From: Escherichia coli
Lineage (GTDB): Bacteria; Pseudomonadota; Gammaproteobacteria; Enterobacterales; Enterobacteriaceae
Length of the DNA: 64,000 nucleotides
Assembly (NCBI RefSeq): GCF_051903065.1
Contig: NZ_CP178438.1
Reading direction: 5' to 3' (one strand)
Under the pieces are notes generated by a model. It did no database searches. It was not told the origin of the DNA and was given only the letters and a program-made list of their open reading frames with translations. The translations under genes were made by a program, and so were the position numbers. Below are positions 28,489 through 40,906 of the stretch, in pieces; position 1 is the stretch's first letter, and every line of letters starts with the position of its first letter.

Positions 28489-29433
28489 ATGCCAGAGGTA
28501 CAAACAGATCATCCAGAGACGGCGGAGTTCAGCAAGCCACAGCTACGCATGGTCGATCTCAACTTATTAACCGTTTTCGATGCCGTGATGCAGGAGCAAA
28601 ACATTACCCGTGCCGCTCATGTTCTGGGAATGTCGCAACCTGCGGTCAGTAACGCTGTTGCACGCCTGAAGGTGATGTTTAATGACGAGCTTTTTGTTCG
28701 TTATGGCCGTGGTATTCAACCGACTGCTCGCGCATTTCAACTTTTTGGTTCAGTTCGCCAGGCATTGCAACTAGTACAAAATGAATTGCCTGGTTCAGGT
28801 TTTGAACCCGCGAGCAGTGAACGTGTATTTCATCTTTGTGTTTGCAGCCCGTTAGACAGCATTCTGACCTCGCAGATTTATAATCACATTGAGCAGATTG
28901 CGCCAAATATACATGTTATGTTCAAGTCTTCATTAAATCAGAACACTGAACATCAGCTGCGTTATCAGGAAACGGAGTTTGTGATTAGCTATGAAGACTT
29001 CCATCGTCCTGAATTTACCAGCGTGCCATTATTTAAAGATGAAATGGTGCTGGTAGCCAGCAAAAATCATCCAACAATTAAAGGCCCGTTACTGAAACAT
29101 GATGTTTATAACGAACAACATGCGGCGGTTTCGCTCGATCGTTTCGCGTCATTTAGTCAACCTTGGTATGACACGGTAGATAAGCAAGCCAGTATCGCGT
29201 ATCAGGGCATGGCAATGATGAGCGTACTTAGCGTGGTGTCGCAAACGCATTTGGTCGCTATTGCGCCGCGTTGGCTGGCTGAAGAGTTCGCTGAATCCTT
29301 AGAATTACAGGTATTACCGCTGCCGTTAAAACAAAACAGCAGAACCTGTTATCTCTCCTGGCATGAAGCTGCCGGGCGCGATAAAGGCCATCAGTGGATG
29401 GAAGAGCAATTAGTCTCAATTTGCAAACGCTAA
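28489..29433 (+). CDS. leuO: LysR-family regulator LeuO (314 aa)
   Basis: ORF 28405..29433; the ATG at 28489 gives [61 protein letters not shown] (HTH). Confidence 0.93.
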   Translation: MPEVQTDHPETAEFSKPQLRMVDLNLLTVFDAVMQEQNITRAAHVLGMSQPAVSNAVARLKVMFNDELFVRYGRGIQPTARAFQLFGSVRQALQLVQNELPGSGFEPASSERVFHLCVCSPLDSILTSQIYNHIEQIAPNIHVMFKSSLNQNTEHQLRYQETEFVISYEDFHRPEFTSVPLFKDEMVLVASKNHPTIKGPLLKHDVYNEQHAAVSLDRFASFSQPWYDTVDKQASIAYQGMAMMSVLSVVSQTHLVAIAPRWLAEEFAESLELQVLPLPLKQNSRTCYLSWHEAAGRDKGHQWMEEQLVSICKR

Positions 29434-29750
29434 CTGAATGCAGAATAGGTCAGACATGAATATCTGGTTTATTCTGCATTTTCTATTGAATGTAGAATTT
29501 TATCCTGAATGTGTGGACTCTCTATTTTAGGATTAATTAAAAAAATAGAGAAATTGCTGTAAGTGGTGGGATTCAGCCGATTTATTATCAATTTAATCCT
29601 TCGTAATGGAGGATTTTATCGTTTCTTTTCACCTTTCCTCCTGTTTATTCTTATTACCCTGCGTTTATGTCTCTGGCTGCCAATTGCTTAAGCAAGATCG
29701 GACGGTTAATGTGTTTTACACATTTTTTCCGTCAAACAGTGAGGCAGGCC

Positions 29751-31475
29751 ATGGAGATGTTGTCTGGAGCCGAGATGGTCGTCCGATCGCTTATCGATCA
29801 GGGCGTTAAGCAAGTATTCGGTTATCCCGGAGGCGCAGTCCTTGATATTTACGATGCATTGCATACCGTGGGTGGTATTGATCATGTATTAGTTCGTCAT
29901 GAGCAGGCGGCGGTGCATATGGCCGATGGCCTGGCGCGTGCGACCGGGGAAGTCGGCGTCGTGCTGGTAACGTCGGGTCCAGGGGCGACCAATGCGATTA
30001 CCGGCATCGCCACCGCTTATATGGATTCCATTCCATTAGTTGTCCTTTCCGGGCAGGTAGCGACCTCGTTGATAGGTTACGATGCCTTTCAGGAGTGCGA
30101 CATGGTGGGGATTTCGCGACCGGTGGTTAAACACAGTTTTCTGGTTAAGCAAACGGAAGACATTCCGCAGGTGCTGAAAAAGGCTTTCTGGCTGGCGGCA
30201 AGTGGTCGCCCAGGACCAGTGGTCGTTGATTTACCGAAAGATATTCTTAATCCGGCGAACAAATTACCCTATGTCTGGCCGGAGTCGGTCAGTATGCGTT
30301 CTTACAATCCCACTACTACCGGACATAAAGGGCAAATTAAGCGTGCTCTGCAAACGCTGGTAGCGGCAAAAAAACCGGTTGTCTACGTAGGCGGTGGGGC
30401 AATCACGGCGGGCTGCCATCAGCAGTTGAAAGAAACGGTGGAGGCGTTGAATCTGCCCGTTGTTTCCTCATTGATGGGGCTGGGGGCGTTTCCGGCAACG
30501 CATCGTCAGGCACTGGGCATGCTGGGAATGCACGGTACCTACGAAGCCAATATGACGATGCATAACGCGGATGTGATTTTCGCCGTCGGGGTACGATTTG
30601 ATGACCGAACGACGAACAATCTGGCAAAGTACTGCCCAAATGCCACTGTTCTGCATATCGATATTGATCCTACTTCCATTTCTAAAACCGTGACTGCTGA
30701 TATCCCGATTGTGGGGGATGCTCGCCAGGTCCTCGAACAAATGCTTGAACTCTTGTCGCAAGAATCCGCCCATCAACCACTGGATGAGATCCGCGACTGG
30801 TGGCAGCAAATTGAACAGTGGCGCGCTCGTCAGTGCCTGAAATATGACACTCACAGTGAAAAGATTAAACCGCAGGCGGTGATCGAGACTCTTTGGCGGT
30901 TGACGAAGGGAGACGCTTACGTGACGTCCGATGTCGGGCAGCACCAGATGTTTGCTGCACTTTATTATCCATTCGACAAACCGCGTCGCTGGATCAATTC
31001 CGGTGGCCTCGGCACGATGGGTTTTGGTTTACCTGCGGCACTGGGCGTCAAAATGGCGTTGCCAGAAGAAACCGTGGTTTGCGTCACTGGCGACGGCAGT
31101 ATTCAGATGAACATCCAGGAACTGTCTACCGCGTTGCAATACGAGTTGCCCGTACTGGTGGTGAATCTCAATAACCGCTATCTGGGGATGGTGAAGCAGT
31201 GGCAGGACATGATCTATTCCGGCCGTCATTCACAATCTTATATGCAATCGCTACCCGATTTCGTCCGTCTGGCGGAAGCCTATGGGCATGTCGGGATCCA
31301 GATTTCTCATCCGCATGAGCTGGAAAGCAAACTTAGCGAGGCGCTGGAACAGGTGCGCAATAATCGCCTGGTGTTTGTTGATGTCACCGTCGATGGCAGT
31401 GAGCACGTCTACCCGATGCAGATTCGCGGGGGCGGAATGGATGAAATGTGGTTAAGCAAAACGGAGAGAACCTGA
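29751..31475 (+). CDS. ilvI: Acetolactate synthase III large subunit IlvI (574 aa)
   Basis: ORF 29667..31475; the ATG at 29751 gives [37 protein letters not shown]...; ThDP-binding motifs. Confidence 0.96.
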   Translation: MEMLSGAEMVVRSLIDQGVKQVFGYPGGAVLDIYDALHTVGGIDHVLVRHEQAAVHMADGLARATGEVGVVLVTSGPGATNAITGIATAYMDSIPLVVLSGQVATSLIGYDAFQECDMVGISRPVVKHSFLVKQTEDIPQVLKKAFWLAASGRPGPVVVDLPKDILNPANKLPYVWPESVSMRSYNPTTTGHKGQIKRALQTLVAAKKPVVYVGGGAITAGCHQQLKETVEALNLPVVSSLMGLGAFPATHRQALGMLGMHGTYEANMTMHNADVIFAVGVRFDDRTTNNLAKYCPNATVLHIDIDPTSISKTVTADIPIVGDARQVLEQMLELLSQESAHQPLDEIRDWWQQIEQWRARQCLKYDTHSEKIKPQAVIETLWRLTKGDAYVTSDVGQHQMFAALYYPFDKPRRWINSGGLGTMGFGLPAALGVKMALPEETVVCVTGDGSIQMNIQELSTALQYELPVLVVNLNNRYLGMVKQWQDMIYSGRHSQSYMQSLPDFVRLAEAYGHVGIQISHPHELESKLSEALEQVRNNRLVFVDVTVDGSEHVYPMQIRGGGMDEMWLSKTERT

Positions 31476-31477
31476 TT

Positions 31478-31969
31478 ATGCGCCGGATATTATCAGTCTT
31501 ACTCGAAAATGAATCAGGCGCGTTATCCCGCGTGATTGGCCTTTTTTCCCAGCGTGGCTACAACATTGAAAGCCTGACCGTAGCGCCAACCGACGATCCG
31601 ACATTATCGCGTATGACCATCCAGACCGTGGGCGATGAAAAAGTACTTGAGCAGATCGAAAAGCAATTACACAAGCTGGTCGATGTCTTGCGCGTGAGTG
31701 AGTTGGGGCAGGGCGCGCATGTTGAGCGGGAAATCATGCTGGTGAAAATTCAGGCCAGCGGTTACGGGCGTGACGAAGTGAAACGTAATACGGAAATATT
31801 CCGTGGGCAAATTATCGATGTCACACCCTCGCTTTATACCGTTCAATTAGCAGGCACCAGCGATAAGCTTGATGCATTTTTAGCATCGATTCGCGATGTG
31901 GCGAAAATTGTGGAAGTTGCTCGCTCTGGTGTGGTCGGACTTTCGCGCGGCGATAAAATAATGCGTTGA
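31478..31969 (+). CDS. ilvH: Acetolactate synthase III small (regulatory) subunit IlvH (163 aa)
   Basis: ORF 31448..31969; the ATG at 31478 gives [40 protein letters not shown]...; start overlaps the ilvI stop. Confidence 0.96.
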
Positions 31970-31993
31970 GAATGATCTCAATGCGCAATTTAC

Positions 31994-32023
31994 AGCCCAA
32001 CATGTCACGTTGGGCTTTTTTTG
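31994..32023 (+). terminator. ilvIH rho-independent terminator
   Basis: agcccaacatgtcacgttgggct hairpin followed by a T7 run. Confidence 0.85.
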
Positions 32024-32148
32024 CGAAATCAGTGGGAACCTGGAATAAAAGCAGTTGCCGCAGTTAATTTTCTGCGCTTAGATGTTAATGAATTTAACCC
32101 ATACCAGTACAATGGCTATGGTTTTTACATTTTACGCAAGGGGCAATT

Positions 32149-33153
32149 GTGAAACTGGATGAAATCGCTCGGCTGGCGGGAGTGTCGCGGACCACTGCAA
32201 GCTATGTTATTAACGGCAAAGCGAAGCAATACCGTGTGAGCGACAAAACCGTTGAAAAAGTCATGGCTGTCGTGCGTGAGCACAATTACCACCCGAACGC
32301 CGTGGCAGCTGGGCTTCGTGCTGGACGCACACGTTCTATTGGTCTTGTGATCCCCGATCTGGAGAACACCAGCTATACCCGCATCGCTAACTATCTTGAA
32401 CGCCAGGCGCGGCAACGGGGGTATCAACTGCTGATTGCCTGCTCAGAAGATCAGCCAGACAACGAAATGCGCTGTATTGAGCACCTTTTACAGCGTCAGG
32501 TCGATGCCATTATTGTTTCGACGTCGTTGCCTCCTGAGCATCCTTTTTATCAACGCTGGGCTAACGACCCGTTCCCGATTGTCGCGCTTGACCGCGCCCT
32601 CGATCGTGAACACTTTACCAGCGTGGTTGGTGCCGATCAGGATGATGCCGAAATGCTGGCGGAAGAGTTACGTAAGTTTCCCGCCGAGACGGTGCTTTAT
32701 CTTGGCGCGCTGCCGGAGCTTTCTGTCAGCTTCCTGCGTGAACAAGGTTTCCGTACTGCCTGGAAAGATGATCCGCGCGAAGTGCATTTTCTGTATGCCA
32801 ACAGCTATGAGCGGGAGGCGGCTGCCCAGTTATTCGAAAAATGGCTGGAAACGCATCCGATGCCGCAGGCGCTGTTCACAACGTCGTTTGCGTTGTTGCA
32901 AGGGGTGATGGATGTCACGCTACGTCGCGATGGTAAACTGCCTTCTGACCTGGCAATTGCCACCTTTGGCGATAACGAACTGCTCGACTTCTTACAGTGC
33001 CCGGTGCTGGCAGTGGCTCAACGTCACCGCGATGTCGCAGAGCGTGTGCTGGAGATTGTCCTGGCAAGCCTGGACGAACCACGTAAGCCAAAACCTGGTT
33101 TAACGCGCATTAAACGTAATCTCTATCGCCGCGGCGTGCTCAGCCGTAGCTAA
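32149..33153 (+). CDS. cra: Catabolite repressor/activator Cra (FruR), 334 aa, GTG start
   Basis: 334-aa ORF (GTG)[58 protein letters not shown]..., LacI family. Confidence 0.97.
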   Translation: MKLDEIARLAGVSRTTASYVINGKAKQYRVSDKTVEKVMAVVREHNYHPNAVAAGLRAGRTRSIGLVIPDLENTSYTRIANYLERQARQRGYQLLIACSEDQPDNEMRCIEHLLQRQVDAIIVSTSLPPEHPFYQRWANDPFPIVALDRALDREHFTSVVGADQDDAEMLAEELRKFPAETVLYLGALPELSVSFLREQGFRTAWKDDPREVHFLYANSYEREAAAQLFEKWLETHPMPQALFTTSFALLQGVMDVTLRRDGKLPSDLAIATFGDNELLDFLQCPVLAVAQRHRDVAERVLEIVLASLDEPRKPKPGLTRIKRNLYRRGVLSRS

Positions 33154-33190
33154 GCTGCGAACAAAAATACGCGCCAGGTGAATTTCACTC

Positions 33191-33199
33191 TGGCGCGTA
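33191..33199. repeat. IS1 target-site duplication, left copy (TGGCGCGTA)
   Basis: The identical 9-mer tggcgcgta directly flanks both IS1 ends (33191-33199 and 33968-33976). Confidence 0.9.
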
Positions 33200-33254
33200 G
33201 GTGATGCTGCCAACTTACTGATTTAGTGTATGATGGTGTTTTTGAGGTGCTCCA

Positions 33255-33530
33255 GTGGCTTCTGTTTCTATCAGCTGTCCCTCCTGTTCAGCTACTGACG
33301 GGGTGGTGCGTAACGGCAAAAGCACCGCCGGACATCAGCGCTATCTCTGCTCTCACTGCCGTAAAACATGGCAACTGCAGTTCACTTACACCGCTTCTCA
33401 ACCCGGTACGCACCAGAAAATCATTGATATGGCCATGAATGGCGTTGGATGCCGGGCAACAGCCCGCATTATGGGCGTTGGCCTCAACACGATTTTACGT
33501 CACTTAAAAAACTCAGGCCGCAGTCGGTAA
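33255..33530 (+). CDS. insA: IS1 InsA (91 aa)
   Basis: [91 protein letters not shown]. Confidence 0.97.
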
Positions 33531-33952
33531 CCTCGCGCATACAGCCGGGCAGTGACGTCATCGTCTGCGCGGAAATGGACGAACAGTGGGGCTATGTCGG
33601 GGCTAAATCGCGCCAGCGCTGGCTGTTTTACGCGTATGACAGGCTCCGGAAGACGGTTGTTGCGCACGTATTCGGTGAACGCACTATGGCGACGCTGGGG
33701 CGTCTTATGAGCCTGCTGTCACCCTTTGACGTGGTGATATGGATGACGGATGGCTGGCCGCTGTATGAATCCCGCCTGAAGGGAAAGCTGCACGTAATCA
33801 GCAAGCGATATACGCAGCGAATTGAGCGGCATAACCTGAATCTGAGGCAGCACCTGGCACGGCTGGGACGGAAGTCGCTGTCGTTCTCAAAATCGGTGGA
33901 GCTGCATGACAAAGTCATCGGGCATTATCTGAACATAAAACACTATCAATAA
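33449..33952 (+). CDS. insB: IS1 InsB (167 aa; expressed as an InsAB' transposase by -1 frameshift)
   Basis: [64 protein letters not shown]...; overlaps the insA 3' end in the -1 frame. Confidence 0.96.
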
Positions 33953-33967
33953 GTTGGAGTCATTACC

Positions 33968-33976
33968 TGGCGCGTA
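33968..33976. repeat. IS1 target-site duplication, right copy (TGGCGCGTA)
   Basis: Identical to 33191-33199. Confidence 0.9.
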
Positions 33977-34450
33977 GAGTACGGGACTGGACATCAATAT
34001 CCTTAAAGTAAATAAGACTATTCCTGACTATTATTGATAAATGCTTTTAAACCCGCCCATTAATTAACTCACCAGCTGAAATTCACAATAATTAAGTGAT
34101 ATCGACAGCGCGTTTTTGCATTATTTTGTTACATGCAGAGATGAATTGCCGATTTAACAAGCACTTTTCTTTGCTTTTGCGCAAACCCGCTGGCATCAAG
34201 CGCTACACAGACGCAACAGGGACTGTTAACCGGGGAAGATATGTCCTAAAATGCCGCTCGCGTCGCAAACTGACACTTTATATTTGCTGTGGAAAATAGT
34301 GAGTCATTTTAAAACGGTGATGACGATGAGGGTTTTTTTCTTACAGCTATTCATAACGTTAATTTGCTTCGCACGTTGGACGTAAAATAAACAACGCTGA
34401 TATTAGCCGTAAACATCGGGTTTTTTACCTCGGTATGCCTTGTGACTGGC

Positions 34451-34512
34451 TTGACAAGCTTTTCCTCCGCTCCGTAAACTCCTTTCAGTGGGAAATTGTG
34501 GGGCAAAGTGGG
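34451..34512 (+). promoter_or_regulatory. Pmra promoter (-35 TTGACA 34451-34456, -10 TAAACT 34475-34480) and three MraZ-binding GTGGG direct repeats at 10-bp spacing (34488, 34498, 34508)
   Basis: Direct reading; the repeat arrangement matches the established MraZ operator upstream of mraZ. Confidence 0.8.
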
Positions 34513-34531
34513 AATAAGGGGTGAGGCTGGC

Positions 34532-34990
34532 ATGTTCCGGGGAGCAACGTTAGTCAATCTCGACAGCAAAGGGCGCTTATCAGTGCCTACCCGTTATCGG
34601 GAACAGCTGCTTGAGAACGCTGCCGGTCAAATGGTTTGCACCATTGACATTCATCACCCGTGCCTGCTGCTTTACCCCCTGCCTGAATGGGAAATTATCG
34701 AGCAAAAATTATCGCGTCTGTCGAGCATGAACCCGGTTGAGCGCCGTGTGCAGCGCCTACTGTTAGGTCATGCCAGCGAATGTCAGATGGATGGCGCAGG
34801 TCGATTGTTAATCGCGCCAGTACTGCGGCAACATGCCGGGCTGACAAAAGAAGTGATGCTGGTTGGACAGTTCAACAAGTTTGAGCTGTGGGATGAAACA
34901 ACCTGGCATCAACAGGTCAAGGAAGATATCGACGCAGAGCAGTTGGCTACCGGAGACTTATCGGAGCGACTGCAGGACTTGTCTCTATAA
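34532..34990 (+). CDS. mraZ: Division/cell-wall cluster transcriptional regulator MraZ (152 aa)
   Basis: ORF 34496..34990; the ATG at 34532 gives [50 protein letters not shown]... Confidence 0.96.
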
Positions 34991-34991
34991 A

Positions 34992-35933
34992 ATGATGGAA
35001 AACTATAAACATACTACGGTGCTGTTGGATGAAGCCGTTAATGGCCTCAATATCCGTCCTGATGGCATCTACATTGATGGGACTTTTGGTCGCGGTGGTC
35101 ACTCACGTCTGATCCTCTCGCAGCTTGGCGAAGAGGGGCGTTTGCTGGCGATCGATCGCGACCCGCAGGCTATCGCCGTTGCGAAGACTATTGATGATCC
35201 GCGCTTCTCCATCATCCACGGACCTTTCTCCGCGCTGGGCGAATACGTTGCCGAGCGCGATCTTATCGGCAAGATCGACGGCATTCTCCTCGATCTTGGT
35301 GTCTCTTCACCGCAACTTGATGATGCTGAACGCGGCTTTTCCTTTATGCGCGATGGTCCGCTGGACATGCGTATGGACCCAACCCGTGGGCAGTCAGCCG
35401 CTGAATGGCTACAAACCGCAGAAGAAGCCGATATCGCCTGGGTATTGAAAACCTATGGTGAAGAGCGTTTTGCCAAACGCATTGCCCGCGCCATTGTCGA
35501 GCGTAACCGCGAACAGCCGATGACCCGCACCAAAGAACTGGCGGAAGTCGTGGCTGCTGCAACGCCGGTGAAAGATAAGTTTAAACATCCCGCGACCCGT
35601 ACCTTCCAGGCGGTGCGCATTTGGGTAAACAGTGAACTGGAGGAGATAGAGCAGGCGCTAAAAAGCTCGCTCAACGTGCTGGCCCCGGGGGGGCGGCTTT
35701 CGATCATCAGCTTCCACTCGCTGGAAGACCGTATTGTGAAACGTTTTATGCGTGAAAACAGCCGCGGTCCGCAAGTTCCGGCAGGGTTACCGATGACTGA
35801 AGAGCAGCTCAAAAAACTGGGTGGCCGTCAGCTGCGAGCACTAGGCAAGTTAATGCCGGGCGAAGAAGAGGTGGCTGAGAACCCTCGTGCCCGTAGTTCA
35901 GTTCTGCGTATTGCAGAGAGGACGAACGCATGA
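34992..35933 (+). CDS. rsmH: 16S rRNA m4C1402 methyltransferase RsmH (MraW), 313 aa
   Basis: ORF 34863..35933; the ATG at 34992 gives [42 protein letters not shown]... Confidence 0.96.
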
Positions 35934-36295
35934 TCAGCAGAGTGACAGAAGCTCTAAGCAAAGTTAAAGGATCGATGGGAAGCCACGAGCGCCATGCATT
36001 GCCTGGTGTTATCGGTGACGATCTTTTGCGATTTGGGAAGCTGCCACTCTGCCTGTTCATTTGCATTATTTTGACGGCGGTGACCGTGGTAACCACGGCG
36101 CACCATACCCGTTTACTGACCGCTCAGCGCGAACAACTGGTGCTGGAGCGAGATGCTTTAGACATTGAATGGCGCAACCTGATCCTTGAAGAGAATGCGC
36201 TCGGCGACCATAGCCGGGTGGAAAGGATCGCCACGGAAAAGCTGCAAATGCAGCATGTTGATCCGTCACAAGAAAATATCGTAGTGCAAAAATAA
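35930..36295 (+). CDS. ftsL: Cell division protein FtsL (121 aa)
   Basis: 121-aa [57 protein letters not shown]...; overlaps the rsmH stop. Confidence 0.96.
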
Positions 36296-36310
36296 GGATA
36301 AACGCGACGC

Positions 36311-38077
36311 ATGAAAGCAGCGGCGAAAACGCAGAAACCAAAACGTCAGGAAGAACATGCCAACTTTATCAGTTGGCGTTTTGCGTTGTTATGCGGCTGT
36401 ATTCTCCTGGCGCTGGCTTTTCTGCTCGGACGCGTAGCGTGGTTACAAGTTATCTCCCCGGATATGCTGGTGAAAGAGGGCGACATGCGTTCTCTTCGCG
36501 TTCAGCAAGTTTCCACCTCCCGCGGCATGATTACTGACCGTTCTGGTCGCCCGTTAGCGGTGAGCGTGCCGGTAAAAGCGATTTGGGCTGACCCGAAAGA
36601 AGTGCATGACGCTGGCGGTATCAGCGTCGGTGACCGCTGGAAGGCGCTGGCTAACGCGCTCAATATTCCGCTGGATCAGCTTTCAGCCCGCATTAACGCC
36701 AACCCGAAAGGGCGCTTTATTTATCTGGCGCGTCAGGTAAACCCTGACATGGCGGACTACATCAAAAAACTGAAACTGCCGGGGATTCATCTGCGTGAAG
36801 AATCTCGCCGTTATTATCCATCCGGCGAAGTGACTGCTCACCTCATCGGCTTTACTAACGTCGATAGCCAGGGGATTGAGGGCGTCGAGAAGAGTTTCGA
36901 TAAATGGCTTACCGGGCAGCCGGGTGAGCGCATTGTGCGTAAAGACCGCTATGGTCGCGTAATTGAAGATATTTCTTCTACTGACAGCCAGGCTGCGCAC
37001 AACCTGGCGCTGAGTATTGATGAACGCCTGCAGGCGCTGGTTTATCGCGAACTGAACAATGCGGTGGCCTTTAACAAGGCTGAATCTGGTAGCGCCGTGC
37101 TGGTGGATGTCAACACCGGTGAAGTGCTGGCGATGGCTAACAGCCCATCATACAACCCTAACAATCTGAGTGGCACGCCGAAAGAGGCGATGCGTAACCG
37201 TACCATCACCGACGTGTTTGAACCGGGCTCAACGGTTAAACCGATGGTGGTGATGACTGCGTTGCAACGTGGCGTGGTGCGGGAAAACTCGGTACTCAAT
37301 ACCATTCCTTATCGAATTAACGGCCACGAAATCAAAGACGTGGCACGCTACAGCGAATTAACCCTGACCGGGGTATTACAGAAGTCGAGTAACGTCGGTG
37401 TTTCCAAGCTGGCGTTAGCGATGCCGTCCTCAGCGTTAGTAGATACTTACTCACGTTTTGGACTGGGAAAAGCGACCAATTTGGGGTTGGTCGGAGAACG
37501 CAGTGGCTTATATCCTCAAAAACAACGGTGGTCTGACATAGAGAGGGCCACCTTCTCTTTCGGCTACGGGCTAATGGTAACACCGTTACAGTTAGCGCGA
37601 GTCTACGCAACTATCGGCAGCTACGGCATTTATCGCCCACTGTCGATTACGAAAGTTGACCCCCCGGTTCCCGGTGAACGTGTCTTCCCGGAATCCATTG
37701 TCCGCACCGTGGTGCATATGATGGAAAGCGTGGCGCTACCGGGCGGCGGCGGCGTGAAGGCGGCGATTAAAGGCTATCGTATCGCCATTAAAACCGGTAC
37801 CGCGAAAAAGGTCGGGCCGGACGGTCGCTACATCAATAAATATATTGCTTATACCGCAGGCGTTGCGCCTGCGAGTCAGCCGCGCTTCGCGCTGGTTGTT
37901 GTTATCAACGATCCGCAGGCGGGTAAATACTACGGCGGCGCCGTTTCCGCGCCGGTCTTTGGTGCCATCATGGGCGGCGTATTGCGTACCATGAACATCG
38001 AGCCGGATGCGCTGACAACGGGCGATAAAAATGAATTTGTGATTAATCAAGGCGAGGGGACAGGTGGCAGATCGTAA
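36311..38077 (+). CDS. ftsI: Peptidoglycan D,D-transpeptidase FtsI (PBP3), 588 aa
   Basis: 588-aa [50 protein letters not shown]...; STVK and KTG motifs. Confidence 0.97.
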
Positions 38078-39551
38078 TTTGCGCGACCTTCTTGCTCCGT
38101 GGGTGCCAGACGCACCTTCGCGAGCACTGCGAGAGATGACACTCGACAGCCGTGTGGCTGCGGCGGGCGATCTCTTTGTAGCTGTAGTAGGTCATCAGGC
38201 GGACGGGCGTCGATATATCCCGCAGGCGATAGCGCAAGGTGTGGCTGCCATTATTGCAGAGGCGAAAGATGAGGCGACCGACGGTGAAATCCGTGAAATG
38301 CACGGCGTACCGGTCATCTATCTCAGCCAGCTCAATGAGCGTTTATCTGCACTGGCGGGCCGCTTTTACCATGAACCCTCTGACAATTTACGTCTCGTAG
38401 GCGTAACGGGCACCAACGGCAAAACCACGACTACCCAGCTGCTGGCGCAGTGGAGCCAACTGCTTGGCGAAACCAGCGCGGTAATGGGCACCGTTGGTAA
38501 CGGTCTGCTTGGGAAAGTGATCCCGACAGAAAATACTACCGGTTCCGCAGTCGATGTTCAGCATGAGCTGGCGGGGCTGGTGGATCAGGGCGCGACTTTT
38601 TGCGCAATGGAAGTTTCCTCCCACGGGCTGGTACAGCACCGTGTGGCGGCATTGAAATTTGCGGCGTCGGTCTTTACCAACTTAAGCCGCGATCACCTTG
38701 ATTATCATGGTGATATGGAACACTACGAAGCCGCGAAATGGCTGCTTTATTCTGAGCATCATTGCGGTCAGGCGATTATTAACGCCGACGATGAAGTGGG
38801 CCGCCGCTGGCTGGCAAAACTGCCGGACGCGGTTGCGGTATCAATGGAAGATAATATTAATCCGAACTGTCACGGACGCTGGTTAAAAGCGAGCGACGTG
38901 AACTATCACGACAGCGGTGCGACGATTCGCTTTAGCTCAAGTTGGGGCGATGGCGAAATTGAAAGCCATCTGATGGGCGCTTTTAACGTCAGCAACCTGC
39001 TGCTCGCGCTGGCGACACTGTTGGCACTCGGCTATCCATTGGCTGATCTGTTGAAAACCGCCGCGCGTCTGCAACCGGTTTGCGGACGTATGGAAGTGTT
39101 CACTGCGCCAGGCAAACCGACGGTGGTGGTGGATTACGCGCATACACCGGATGCACTGGAAAAAGCCTTACAGGCGGCGCGTCTGCACTGTGCGGGCAAG
39201 CTGTGGTGTGTCTTTGGCTGTGGTGGCGATCGCGATAAAGGTAAGCGTCCACTGATGGGCGCAATTGCCGAAGAGTTTGCTGACGTGGCGGTGGTGACGG
39301 ACGATAACCCGCGTACCGAAGAACCGCGTGCCATCATCAACGATATTCTGGCGGGAATGTTAGATGCCGGACATGCCAAAGTGATGGAAGGCCGTGCTGA
39401 AGCGGTGACTTGCGCCGTTATGCAGGCTAAAGAGAACGATGTGGTGCTGGTCGCGGGCAAAGGCCATGAAGATTACCAGATTGTTGGCAATCAGCGTCTG
39501 GACTACTCCGATCGCGTCACGGTGGCGCGTCTGCTGGGGGTGATTGCATGA
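38064..39551 (+). CDS. murE: UDP-MurNAc-tripeptide synthetase MurE (495 aa), GTG start
   Basis: 495-aa ORF (GTG)[50 protein letters not shown]... Confidence 0.97.
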
Positions 39552-40906
39552 TTAGCGTAACCCTTAGCCAACTTACCGACATTCTCAACGGTGAACTGCA
39601 AGGTGCAGATATCACCCTTGATGCTGTAACCACTGATACCCGAAAACTGACGCCGGGCTGCCTGTTTGTTGCCCTGAAAGGCGAACGTTTCGATGCTCAT
39701 GATTTTGCCGACCAGGCGAAAGCTGGCGGCGCAGGCGCACTACTGGTTAGCCGTCCGCTGGACATCGACCTGCCGCAGTTAATCGTCAAGGATACGCGTC
39801 TGGCGTTTGGTGAACTGGCTGCATGGGTTCGCCAGCAAGTTCCGGCGCGCGTGGTTGCTCTGACGGGGTCCTCCGGCAAAACCTCCGTTAAAGAGATGAC
39901 GGCGGCGATTTTAAGCCAGTGCGGCAACACGCTTTATACGGCAGGCAATCTCAACAACGACATCGGTGTACCGATGACGCTGTTGCGCTTAACGCCGGAA
40001 TACGATTACGCAGTTATTGAACTTGGCGCGAACCATCAGGGCGAAATTGCCTGGACTGTGAGTCTGACTCGCCCGGAAGCTGCGCTGGTCAACAACCTGG
40101 CAGCGGCGCATCTGGAAGGTTTTGGCTCGCTTGCGGGTGTCGCGAAAGCGAAAGGTGAAATCTTTAGCGGCCTGCCGGAAAACGGTATCGCCATTATGAA
40201 CGCCGACAACAACGACTGGCTGAACTGGCAGAGCGTAATTGGCTCACGCAAAGTGTGGCGTTTCTCACCCAATGCCGCCAACAGCGATTTCACCGCCACC
40301 AATATCCATGTGACCTCGCACGGTACGGAATTTACCCTGCAAACCCCAACCGGTAGCGTGGATGTTCTGCTGCCGTTGCCGGGGCGTCACAATATTGCGA
40401 ATGCGCTGGCAGCCGCTGCGCTCTCCATGTCCGTGGGCGCAACGCTTGATGCTATCAAAGCGGGGCTGGCAAATCTGAAAGCTGTTCCAGGCCGTCTGTT
40501 CCCCATCCAACTGGCAGAAAACCAGTTGCTGCTCGACGACTCCTACAACGCCAATGTCGGTTCAATGACCGCAGCAGTCCAGGTACTGGCTGAAATGCCG
40601 GGCTACCGCGTGCTGGTGGTGGGCGATATGGCGGAACTGGGCGCTGAAAGCGAAGCCTGCCATGTACAGGTGGGCGAGGCGGCAAAAGCTGCTGGTATTG
40701 ACCGTGTGTTAAGCGTGGGTAAACAAAGCCATGCTATCAGCACCGCCAGCGGCGTTGGCGAACATTTTGCAGATAAAACAGCGCTTATCGCGCGTCTTAA
40801 ATCACTGATTGCTGAGCAACAGGTAATTACGATTTTAGTTAAGGGTTCACGTAGTGCCGCCATGGAAGAGGTAGTACGCGCTTTACAGGAGAATGGGACA
40901 TGTTAG
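39548..40906 (+). CDS. murF: UDP-MurNAc-pentapeptide synthetase MurF (452 aa)
   Basis: 452-aa [56 protein letters not shown]... Confidence 0.97.
   Translation: MISVTLSQLTDILNGELQGADITLDAVTTDTRKLTPGCLFVALKGERFDAHDFADQAKAGGAGALLVSRPLDIDLPQLIVKDTRLAFGELAAWVRQQVPARVVALTGSSGKTSVKEMTAAILSQCGNTLYTAGNLNNDIGVPMTLLRLTPEYDYAVIELGANHQGEIAWTVSLTRPEAALVNNLAAAHLEGFGSLAGVAKAKGEIFSGLPENGIAIMNADNNDWLNWQSVIGSRKVWRFSPNAANSDFTATNIHVTSHGTEFTLQTPTGSVDVLLPLPGRHNIANALAAAALSMSVGATLDAIKAGLANLKAVPGRLFPIQLAENQLLLDDSYNANVGSMTAAVQVLAEMPGYRVLVVGDMAELGAESEACHVQVGEAAKAAGIDRVLSVGKQSHAISTASGVGEHFADKTALIARLKSLIAEQQVITILVKGSRSAAMEEVVRALQENGTC

Larger units (their letters stand above)
33200..33967 (+). mobile_element. Insertion sequence IS1 (768 bp), complete, with 23-bp terminal inverted repeats
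   Basis: Left end ggtgatgctgccaacttactgat (33200-33222), right end ...aagttggagtcattacc (to 33967); insA and insB internal; 9-bp TSD. Confidence 0.97.

Noticed and set aside
34096-34299. 67-aa ORF in the cra-mraZ intergenic region downstream of IS1
   Set aside because: Short, lacks a convincing RBS, and lies in a region known to be non-coding upstream of Pmra.
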